A DNA stretch of 64,000 nt from Candidatus Hydrogenedens sp. (lineage in GTDB: Bacteria; Hydrogenedentota; Hydrogenedentia; Hydrogenedentales; Hydrogenedentaceae): assembly GCA_035378955.1 (NCBI GenBank), contig DAOSUS010000008.1, forward strand, positions 6,668-70,667, read 5' to 3'. Shown piece after piece: positions 56,508 through 64,000 of this stretch. Numbering within the stretch: position 1 is the first letter of the stretch; every line of letters begins with the position of its first letter. A program made the translations under genes and the position numbers. The notes beneath the pieces are model-generated. The model was not told the origin of the DNA. It searched no databases and saw nothing but the letters and a program-made list of their open reading frames with translations.

Positions 56508-58634
56508 TTACTTCATCCGAACTGCTGATATGGCAAATCTCAATCCTGTAAAAATTTCAAAAAACAATACTCCTGGTATATAAAACATCTTTTGCCATCG
56601 AAATCTTCCAATAGATAAATCATGTTTTAATCCTATCCACCAACGATTAATTTTTCTTCGATGGGCAACTGATTTTATCATTATTTCTTCGTAACTACAA
56701 ATTATCTTCTTCTTTACCAGGGAATCAAATCGGATTAAGTTTTCAAAATTAGGTACACAGGACTTGAAACTGTTTACCTGTTCTTTTAACCCACTTAATT
56801 GCTGTTCCAACTTTCTCTGTATTTTACGATTCATCTGTCCCGATGTTTGGGATAATTGTAATAGCAACTCGTTGGTCTTTTGAATAATTTGTTCATACTC
56901 CTGAGATACAAATTGGGCATATTGATTGGACTGCAATATTTGTATTAAATGGGCACGAATTTCCTGAAGATAAGAATAAGCAGAGGCTAAAGAGTCCCTT
57001 TTCTCTTTCAACTGTTTCCGTGTTAATAACCATATTTCCTGATATTCATAAAATACCTGCATAATTACTTTAACTTGATTAACAAAATCTTTTATTCTTC
57101 TGTGTAAAAAAGCACCGATACTTTCCATTTCCATTGTTTGACGACGCTCCTTCCGCCCCTTTTTTCTTAAAAATCCCATACTCATAGGATGATTGCTTAA
57201 TAGAGTAGAATAGCGATTCCACAAGGTCAACCAAAAAGCATTCCAGTACTGTTCCGGCGGGCAACGAAGTAATATATCAATAATATTGTCTTTGGAATAA
57301 AAAAGGGACCATGCTTTTAGCCATGATTTTTTTAACTCTCCTACTTTGAAATTAGGATGCGGAAAAGTTTCATGACAACTATCATAGTTGTTGTAATCCT
57401 CTGATATTTGTTCCCCTCTTTCTAACCTCTCTTTATGGTCTTTAGAACCTGGAAGTGGCGTCATAATGAAAAAAGAGGCTTCATCAACCTTTACTTCAGT
57501 TTTTAACAATTTAACATCATGGAGAATGCTTTGTGGAGTATCACAAGGCATACCTAAAATATAACCCACATGGACAAGAACCCCTGCCTTATGCCATGTT
57601 TCTACCATCTCCGCATATTCGGATGTTTTATTTTGTGTTTTTCCCATCAATACAAGATTTTGTGGATTAACACTTTCCATTCCGATAAAAACAAGATAAC
57701 ATCCTGCTTCTGATGCCATACGAACAAAATCAGGGATTTTCCATGATTGCGTATCAATTTGCATCATGAATCGAATTTTTTTACCTTTTTGTTTTAATTC
57801 TATAAGTCCCATAAAAAGTTCTTTCCAGATAGGAGAACGGGACATATTGTCATCTGTAAAGAAATAACTGAAAAACCCGTTGTCATAATTTTGCTCAACT
57901 ATTTGTAAAATCTTTTCTGCAGAACGACACCTAATTTTCCTACCCTGAACATTAATTATGGTGCAGAAAGAACAATTAAATGGACATCCACGGCTTGTAT
58001 CTATCGTACACATTGGTTGCATAAAGTGTTTTAAATATTCGGGGTCTGCTACAGGGATAGGGGCATCCTGAATATCAGGAGATTCTAACACCCTATAATA
58101 CGGTTGTAGTTTGCCATTTATAGCATCATTCAATATATTAGAAAGGACACCGTCTCCTTCTACTTCGCCACAAACGAAACTCACACCCTTATCCATTAAA
58201 AATTTCAAATCAGGGGCATCAGGTCCGAACAGTTTCATAACCCCACTAACATGAAAGCCTCCTATTATCACGGGCACTTGATATTTGCGAAACATTATAG
58301 CCAAATCACTTGCCCGTGCGAACATATTGGTCTGCACACCTACCAGCCCTACTATCAAAATTTCATCTCGTTTTTTACTTTCATGGACAATTTTATCTAC
58401 ATCTATCCTTTGAACAAATTCATCTCTTATTTCGACATGAACCTCAAATTGTTCCTCAAATTTCTTTTCATTAATCAACTTTTGTGTCAGAGCCCTCATA
58501 CATACAAGTGTATTGGATGGCAATAATCCTTTCCAGAAATGATAAGGATAACCATCATCATCATAATGTGAAGGAAGAATATAAAGAATTTTTACATTTT
58601 TCTTTTGTGTTTTTTTATACGAAAACAATTTCAT
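56508..58634 (-). CDS. B12-binding radical SAM protein with ~250-aa C-terminal coiled-coil extension
   Basis: N-terminal cobalamin-binding Rossmann (ILIVGLVGVQT...VIIGGFH) and a radical SAM core (SRGCPFNCSFC). After ~aa 460 comes a Q/E/K-rich heptad-type region ending in a hydrophobic/amphipathic segment. Confidence 0.7.
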   Translation of the reverse strand: MKLFSYKKTQKKNVKILYILPSHYDDDGYPYHFWKGLLPSNTLVCMRALTQKLINEKKFEEQFEVHVEIRDEFVQRIDVDKIVHESKKRDEILIVGLVGVQTNMFARASDLAIMFRKYQVPVIIGGFHVSGVMKLFGPDAPDLKFLMDKGVSFVCGEVEGDGVLSNILNDAINGKLQPYYRVLESPDIQDAPIPVADPEYLKHFMQPMCTIDTSRGCPFNCSFCTIINVQGRKIRCRSAEKILQIVEQNYDNGFFSYFFTDDNMSRSPIWKELFMGLIELKQKGKKIRFMMQIDTQSWKIPDFVRMASEAGCYLVFIGMESVNPQNLVLMGKTQNKTSEYAEMVETWHKAGVLVHVGYILGMPCDTPQSILHDVKLLKTEVKVDEASFFIMTPLPGSKDHKERLERGEQISEDYNNYDSCHETFPHPNFKVGELKKSWLKAWSLFYSKDNIIDILLRCPPEQYWNAFWLTLWNRYSTLLSNHPMSMGFLRKKGRKERRQTMEMESIGAFLHRRIKDFVNQVKVIMQVFYEYQEIWLLTRKQLKEKRDSLASAYSYLQEIRAHLIQILQSNQYAQFVSQEYEQIIQKTNELLLQLSQTSGQMNRKIQRKLEQQLSGLKEQVNSFKSCVPNFENLIRFDSLVKKKIICSYEEIMIKSVAHRRKINRWWIGLKHDLSIGRFRWQKMFYIPGVLFFEIFTGLRFAISAVRMK

Positions 58635-58775
58635 AGCGAAAATCCTCTCTGAGTTGTATTAAAATTAGTGAGTTTCTTCTTCAAAGTTATATTATAATAT
58701 TTCTGTTTTAATATTCTGAAAACATAAACCATGTTACTTTACACTTATTAACGATTAACAAAAGGAGAAAAAAAT

Positions 58776-60005
58776 ATGACAAAGGTAATGTTCGTTATAG
58801 GTTTATCTTTCTTAATGTTCTTTTTATGCTCTTCTTATAATACCGCTTTTACTGATTCTCGTTTCAAAGATGATGTAGAATTTTTGAAACAATATGTAAC
58901 CGTCATTCTATTAAAAGATACAGAATCGAATGGAGAAGTAGCCATTGTTCCTGAATATCAGGGTCGGATAATGACAAGCACAGCGGAGGGACCTGAAGGG
59001 TTAAGTTTCGGCTGGATTAACCGTGAATTAATTTCTTCAAAAAAATTTGAACCTCATATTAATGTCTTTGGAGGTGAAGACCGTTTCTGGATTGGTCCAG
59101 AAGGTGGACAATATGGTATTTTCTTTCCTCCCAATGCACCTTTTGATTTAGAACATTGGCAAACACCTGCTGTTATTGATACAGAACCGTATGAAATAGT
59201 TTCTCAAAATGATAAACAAGTTTCTTTCCGAAAAGATGCGAAATTAAAAAACTGGACAGGAACTGATTTTCAGATATCAATCGAACGCACCGTTAGCATT
59301 TTATCTAAAGAACAAATAGCAGGAGCCTTAGGAGTTAGAATCCCTTCAGGTGTCAAATATATAGGTGTTGAATCCAAGAATAAAATTACCAATACAGGCA
59401 CGGAAGATTGGAATAAGGAAAAAGGTTTGCTCTCTATCTGGATATTAGGAATGTTCAACCCCTCCCCCGAAACAACCATCGTTATACCCTTTTTACCCGG
59501 TTCCGAAGAAAATTTAGGTCCGAAAGTAAACGATGCTTATTTTGGCAAAGTTCCAGCAGACCGACTAATTGTAAGGGATAATGTGGTTTTCTTCCGTGGC
59601 GATGGTCAATATCGCAGTAAAATTGGAATTTCACCTAAACGGGCATTATCTGTTTGTGGAAGTTTTGATGCCAAAAATAAAGTTTTAACTATTGTTCAAT
59701 ATAGTAAACCCGATGTTCCAAAACCCTATGTAAATTCTATGTGGGAACTGCAAAAAGAACCGTATGGAGGTGATGTAATCAATTCGTATAACGACGGTCC
59801 GTTAGGTCCCGGGAAAAAGCCCTTAGGACCCTTCTATGAACTGGAAACTTCTTCGCCAGCAGAAGAATTGAAAAAGGGAGAACATGTTGAACATACCCAT
59901 CGCACATTTCACTTTATAGGAAGTGAAAAAGAATTAAATTATCTGACAGAGGAAATATTAGGTATTGATTTACAAACCATCCAGAGTGTTTTTGCAAGTA
60001 ACTAA
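58776..60005 (+). CDS. hypothetical secreted protein
   Basis: Signal peptide (MTKVMFVIGLSFLMFFLCSS). It is beta-rich and has no recognisable motif. Confidence 0.35.
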   Translation: MTKVMFVIGLSFLMFFLCSSYNTAFTDSRFKDDVEFLKQYVTVILLKDTESNGEVAIVPEYQGRIMTSTAEGPEGLSFGWINRELISSKKFEPHINVFGGEDRFWIGPEGGQYGIFFPPNAPFDLEHWQTPAVIDTEPYEIVSQNDKQVSFRKDAKLKNWTGTDFQISIERTVSILSKEQIAGALGVRIPSGVKYIGVESKNKITNTGTEDWNKEKGLLSIWILGMFNPSPETTIVIPFLPGSEENLGPKVNDAYFGKVPADRLIVRDNVVFFRGDGQYRSKIGISPKRALSVCGSFDAKNKVLTIVQYSKPDVPKPYVNSMWELQKEPYGGDVINSYNDGPLGPGKKPLGPFYELETSSPAEELKKGEHVEHTHRTFHFIGSEKELNYLTEEILGIDLQTIQSVFASN

Positions 60006-60019
60006 TTTATCCATAACAC

Positions 60020-60062
60020 AAAACAGGGCAACCATTTTTTATTATGTTTGCCCTGTTTTTTA
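60020..60062. terminator. bidirectional rho-independent terminator between convergent genes
   Basis: AAAACAGGGCAA-N16-TTGCCCTGTTTT (12-bp stem) followed by a T-tract on the plus strand and preceded by an A-tract, so it can serve both strands. Confidence 0.55.
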
Positions 60063-60074
60063 TTTATGAATTTG

Positions 60075-61286
60075 TTAGACGCTGGCGTTTGTTATCTGTT
60101 CTATCATACTAATCATCGGATAGAACAATGAAACAAATAGAGTAACCACAATAATACCTACAACAATTGTAAATATAGGTTGCAAGGCTTCCCCTAAAGA
60201 ATCAACCGCTACTTGAACTTCGTTATCGTATATATCGGCGATTTGTTCTGCTATCTTATCTATACTTCCAGATTCTTCGCCTGTTATCAACATATCGGCA
60301 ACCACAGGAGGTATTACATCAGCAGAAGCCCGTAAAGGTGCTTCCAAACCACCTCCGCGTTCAATAGAATCTCGCAAAGATTGCAAACTTTGAGCCACTG
60401 CTTGATTATGAATAGAGTATTTTGTGAGTTCCAACGATGACATCATGGAAAGCCCACTTCTTAATAGCAATGACCATGTTCTCATCATTTCGACGATAGC
60501 ATATTTATGGATTATTTTTCCTATAATAGGGATTTTTAACTTGAAACGGTCCGCAGATAATCGGCGAAGTGGATTTCGGATGAACCATACCTGATAAAAC
60601 AATATCAGAATAAGTATTAATACAATAGGCAACCACCACCAAACACGGAACCAATCAGAAACCCTAAAAAACAGTTCTGTGGCAGGGGGAATTTTAATAC
60701 TCTGTTTTTCATACATATCTCGAAATTGTGGAACGACGAAATTAGTAAGTAGCAACAACACTCCCAAACATGCAATTACAAGGACTATCGGATAGAAAAG
60801 AGCACCACGCACTTTTCTTCGAAGCAAATCTCTTCTCTGGCGATAATCCACTAATCGTTGTAGAACTGTAGTAAGGGTACCACTGGCTTCACTGGCTTTG
60901 ATTAAATTTACAAAAACGGTATCAAAATAACGCGGATGTCTATCAAATGCTTGCCATAAGGGATTACCCTCTTCTACATATAACGCCATATCATTAATCA
61001 ATCCTCGTATGGCTTCCGATTGACCTCGTTGAGCCAGAGTCTTTAATGATTTCAACAAAGGCGTACCGGACTCCAGAAGCATTATCAATTGTCGGAGAAA
61101 ATCTGTAATTTCCTGATAACGAACGGTACTTTTTCTCATAAAAGATAAACTCATTGAGAAAGTATTACTAACTCCAGGTTCTCGTCGAATTACTTCTTCC
61201 TCACTGACGATTTGAGAGAGACTCTGTACCTTTCCTTTTGTGGATTTCCGAATTTTTTTAATTCCTTCGGCGTTTTTCTCAGCCAT
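60075..61286 (-). CDS. type II secretion system / type IV pilus platform protein (GspF/PilC family)
   Basis: Two repeated GspF domains, each with 3 TM, and conserved Gly/Pro-containing loops. Confidence 0.8.
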   Translation of the reverse strand: MAEKNAEGIKKIRKSTKGKVQSLSQIVSEEEVIRREPGVSNTFSMSLSFMRKSTVRYQEITDFLRQLIMLLESGTPLLKSLKTLAQRGQSEAIRGLINDMALYVEEGNPLWQAFDRHPRYFDTVFVNLIKASEASGTLTTVLQRLVDYRQRRDLLRRKVRGALFYPIVLVIACLGVLLLLTNFVVPQFRDMYEKQSIKIPPATELFFRVSDWFRVWWWLPIVLILILILFYQVWFIRNPLRRLSADRFKLKIPIIGKIIHKYAIVEMMRTWSLLLRSGLSMMSSLELTKYSIHNQAVAQSLQSLRDSIERGGGLEAPLRASADVIPPVVADMLITGEESGSIDKIAEQIADIYDNEVQVAVDSLGEALQPIFTIVVGIIVVTLFVSLFYPMISMIEQITNASV

Positions 61287-61308
61287 CGCTGTTCTCCTTA
61301 TGTCGTTA

Positions 61309-62307
61309 TCAATTTTTTATTTTTTCTGCCGGGATATTTCTATTCCAAACAACCATCGGATTACCTTCTACAAACACAATACCTGCTTCTTTTGAAGCAA
61401 AAACACGGTTGTATTTCTTGCCCGAAACTTCTCTACTAAGTTCTGCTATAACTGAAACCTTAAAACTGTTTGACTTTTCTGTAAACGGGAACTGCCAATT
61501 CGAGGACATATTATCAACTTTTATATTATACCCCGTTGTAGGTTTCCCCAATATTGTAATTAGGTCATTCATTGATTTTATCGGACGGGCATTTGTAATT
61601 TTCTGTGCTTCATCAGAATTTATGTTAAACAAAGCCATTAAAACTTCGACAGGTGCTTTATTAATATTCAAATAAGGAACAGGATTATTGGGATTGCCCG
61701 CATTCCATGTGGAAACAAAATTTATTATTTGTTCATTAAACTCTCCCTGAATGAACCCCTTTGTACCATATAGTTCTTCTACCAGATAAAACCATTCCCC
61801 TGTGGACGAGGATACTCCTGAATTTGGCAAATTTGAAACAATTCTTCTCGCTATTTCGCCATTTGTATTTAATATTTTCTGCAGCACACTTGCTGGACTG
61901 CAATTTAAATTTATTTTTCCACTTTCGTCTGTTATCCAGACTTTCACATTAACACTTATTGTATCCGATGGTTCTAATGCAAAAGTCCCATTTCCCTTAT
62001 ATTCTTGTTTATAGTAAGGGTAACTAAACTCAAGAGGACATTTATCTATTAATTCCGAAACTGTATCCGTTCGCCATGCCTTTTCTAACTCTACCAATGC
62101 GGAACTTATACCCGTTTTTGCATATTCTCTTACCCTCATTTCATCTAAAAGCAGGACAGTCCTTCTCATTTCAGTTTCTGCATCACGCACATAATACATT
62201 CCTAATAAGGCAAAAACTCCTAATAAGGATATGGCTATCATTAAAGCCACACCTTTTTTACTTGAAGTATAAAACGATTTTTGGTTTTTATTGAACATAG
62301 ATTTCAT
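61309..62307 (-). CDS. minor pseudopilin-like protein, GspK-like (C-terminal helix-hairpin-helix)
   Basis: N-terminal hydrophobic anchor (GVALMIAISLLGVFALLG). The C-terminus INKAPVEVLMALFNINSDEAQKI is HhH/SAM-like as in GspK. The start is placed at MKSMFNK (the track gives 62355). Confidence 0.4.
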   Translation of the reverse strand: MKSMFNKNQKSFYTSSKKGVALMIAISLLGVFALLGMYYVRDAETEMRRTVLLLDEMRVREYAKTGISSALVELEKAWRTDTVSELIDKCPLEFSYPYYKQEYKGNGTFALEPSDTISVNVKVWITDESGKINLNCSPASVLQKILNTNGEIARRIVSNLPNSGVSSSTGEWFYLVEELYGTKGFIQGEFNEQIINFVSTWNAGNPNNPVPYLNINKAPVEVLMALFNINSDEAQKITNARPIKSMNDLITILGKPTTGYNIKVDNMSSNWQFPFTEKSNSFKVSVIAELSREVSGKKYNRVFASKEAGIVFVEGNPMVVWNRNIPAEKIKN

Positions 62308-62936
62308 AGAATATTCCCTAACCAAAAAGTGCTTTCGCGCACTACTTGTTCCCATATCCTGTTTTCATCTACTAAAACGAAACTCACTTTCACTGCTTTT
62401 GGATAAAAAGGTTTATCCCATTGCTCTAACCAATTATTCCCATCATAGCAATGAATTTTCATTGCAAGAACACCTGTCATGATAATTTCCCTGGCTCCAC
62501 TTGGCTCTTTTTGTCCTAAAGGACTTACTACCCTAACAAGAGCAGGAACACCCCCCAAACTTCGGTCTATATAGTAAAACACCCGCATAATTGTATTCTT
62601 ATCTTCAGAATTTACATAAAGGATAGGAAACGATATTTTATCGTTATCTAAAGGAACGGATTGGTATCGTTTTTCATTTTCAATATGTCGAATTGAAGTT
62701 AAACAGCCTTTTGTAAATGTTGGAGGAACTATCTGGTCAAAATCTAATTGTAACCGATTTATTAATCTTAAATAATTAATATTAATAGCCTGCCGAATCT
62801 CAGATTGACGCCGATAATCCATAATCTTACCGAACATAACTACGCCAATAGTAGACAGCACGGAAAGAACAGCTAGAACTGTAATAATCTCAATTAAAGA
62901 AAAGCCTCTATTATATGTTCGTTTCGTTTTCTTCAT
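62304..62936 (-). CDS. pseudopilin with prepilin-type N-terminal cleavage/methylation domain
   Basis: NRGFSLIEIITVLAVLSVL matches the G-F-[ST]-L-[IL]-E motif. Confidence 0.6.
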   Translation of the reverse strand: MKKTKRTYNRGFSLIEIITVLAVLSVLSTIGVVMFGKIMDYRRQSEIRQAININYLRLINRLQLDFDQIVPPTFTKGCLTSIRHIENEKRYQSVPLDNDKISFPILYVNSEDKNTIMRVFYYIDRSLGGVPALVRVVSPLGQKEPSGAREIIMTGVLAMKIHCYDGNNWLEQWDKPFYPKAVKVSFVLVDENRIWEQVVRESTFWLGNIL

Positions 62937-63484
62937 TTCTTAATTACCTTATCAATCTGGAAACGAGGGATAATTGAATTGATTGTATAATATTTCGTTC
63001 GCCCAAATTCTTTATATATTACAGTAACTACTATTTCGTAATAACTATTATCTTCGGGCAATAATTTTCCGAATGCTTTCCATCGAAATTTTTGTGAGAT
63101 ATTTTTATAATTTCTAAAACTTGCCCAATCTGGGGGCGCTATAATAGGTATATCCGCAACATTCCCCGCCTTGGCTTCATCTTCTGATGTTAAAATAGGA
63201 AAAACTCCTTCTTTATCGTTAGCCTCAGAAATTTTCCAGATAAATTTCTCTGGGCAATTTTTCAAATAATTCAATTTTTCATTTGCTAAATTACTGGCTA
63301 ATAGGGCATTTTGAGATGTTTGTGCCAGATTTAAACTTAATGTAAACATCTGCACTAATGCAGTTATTGCTATGCTTACCACAGCCAGTGCAACAATTAA
63401 CTCGATTAAAGTAAAACCTCTTGTTCTCTTCAACCATAACATTTTATTCTTATTATAATTTTTTCTTGCCATAAGAAATACCAT
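62933..63484 (-). CDS. pseudopilin with prepilin-type N-terminal cleavage/methylation domain
   Basis: RGFTLIELIVALAVVSIAITAL. The probable true start is at M15 (MLWLKRT.., ~63442). Confidence 0.6.
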   Translation of the reverse strand: MVFLMARKNYNKNKMLWLKRTRGFTLIELIVALAVVSIAITALVQMFTLSLNLAQTSQNALLASNLANEKLNYLKNCPEKFIWKISEANDKEGVFPILTSEDEAKAGNVADIPIIAPPDWASFRNYKNISQKFRWKAFGKLLPEDNSYYEIVVTVIYKEFGRTKYYTINSIIPRFQIDKVIKK

Positions 63485-63552
63485 TACCCACTCTTTAATG
63501 TTCTATAATAATTTATCATTTAAATAATATTCTTATTCAAATCTACACTTAT

Positions 63553-64000
63553 ATGCAAAAAAAATATAACACAAATAATTTATTAAATAAAATACCCATT
63601 TCTCTATTTTACAACAATCAAGAGATAAAAACATCTCTTCCACAGGAAGGATTTAAGGGAATTTTTGAATTGCAATTTTCAAAAACACAAAATTTGCCTG
63701 AACAACTATTTGAAAAAGCGGTTCAAAATCCTATCGGTAATCCCCTAAACCCCTTCTATCAAAAAATAAATAATCTAAATATTTCTATTGCTATTTCGGA
63801 TACTTTCCGATATACAGGTCTTGAACAGTTTATTAAAGTAATGATGGATAAACTATTTGCTTGCGGAGCCAGTCCTGAAAAATTAAAGTTTTTAGTATCT
63901 GTAGGTTCTCATCGTCCTCCAACAGAAACAGAGTTGCAATCACTTTTGACACCTGAAATATATAATACTTTCAAACAAAATATATTTATTCCGAAACCAG
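63553..64000 (+). CDS. LarA-like (nickel-pincer-dependent lactate racemase family, DUF2088) protein, 5' partial
   Basis: NPIGNPLN, ISDTFRYTG (DxTR-like) and VGSHRP (cf. GTHR) motifs. It is truncated by the window edge. Confidence 0.55.
   Translation, partial: MQKKYNTNNLLNKIPISLFYNNQEIKTSLPQEGFKGIFELQFSKTQNLPEQLFEKAVQNPIGNPLNPFYQKINNLNISIAISDTFRYTGLEQFIKVMMDKLFACGASPEKLKFLVSVGSHRPPTETELQSLLTPEIYNTFKQNIFIPKP

Noticed and set aside
1-64000. CRISPR arrays, tRNA/rRNA genes, IS elements/transposases, integrases, phage genes
   Set aside because: No regularly spaced direct repeats were seen. There are no tRNA-like conserved T-loop (GGTTCGAATCC) segments in intergenic regions and no transposase or integrase motifs (DDE, tyrosine recombinase R..H..RHY) in any ORF. 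Every intergenic region is under 450 bp.

Overview
This is 64 kb of AT-rich chromosome, roughly 35-36% GC by eye, and it is densely coding. It looks like an uncultured, probably anaerobic diderm (Gram-negative-type) bacterium. The evidence is TolC/RND efflux, ExbB/ExbD/TonB-like modules, T2SS-type pseudopilins, an ADP-forming acyl-CoA synthetase, a LarA-like racemase, a B12-radical SAM enzyme and an AmmeMemoRadiSam system. I found no rRNA, tRNA, CRISPR array, transposase or integrase.

Main blocks:
- A ~17 kb co-directional surface-glycan locus (minus strand, 50-16782). It has two paralogous PMT/ArnT-like GT-C glycosyltransferases fused to TPR arrays and a WbuX/WbuY/WbuZ-type acetamidino-sugar module (N-acetyl sugar amidotransferase plus HisH/HisF paralogues). 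It also has a NodU/CmcH carbamoyltransferase, a radical-SAM/SPASM enzyme, a DegT aminotransferase, a flippase-like membrane protein, and an ExbB plus TonB-like pair with no ExbD.
- Signalling and periplasmic proteins (17.5-23.1 kb): an FHA-GAF-adenylyl cyclase, a HEAT-repeat protein, and a Tat-exported Gfo/Idh/MocA oxidoreductase.
- A MarR-controlled RND/MFP/TolC efflux operon (23.3-30.9 kb) that carries an embedded hexapeptide acyltransferase and a DGC zinc-binding protein.
- An AmmeMemoRadiSam operon (31.0-37.7 kb). Memo and AMMECR1 are fused and carry a hydrophobic N-terminus. The operon is translationally coupled to a 1185-aa chimeric membrane protein (SpeE-like + NosR-type FMN_bind + NapH-like polyferredoxin). 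I consider this the most novel candidate system.
- Metabolic genes (37.7-48 kb): ADP-forming acyl-CoA synthetase, fatty-acyl-CoA ligase, HAD hydrolase, a secreted EEP nuclease/phosphatase, a GT2 polyprenyl-phosphate glycosyltransferase and PP2C. There is also a tiny, strongly punctuated gene for a 31-aa AKKA-repeat basic peptide.
- argCJB followed by ExbB-ExbD-TonB-like plus a zinc-ribbon membrane protein (48-53.7 kb).
- aspS; a B12-radical SAM (with a long coiled-coil tail) plus a partner radical SAM; T2SS-like gspF, gspK-like and pseudopilin genes; and a partial LarA-like gene at the window end.

All calls come from reading the translated ORFs for motifs and architecture. I could not run any database search.
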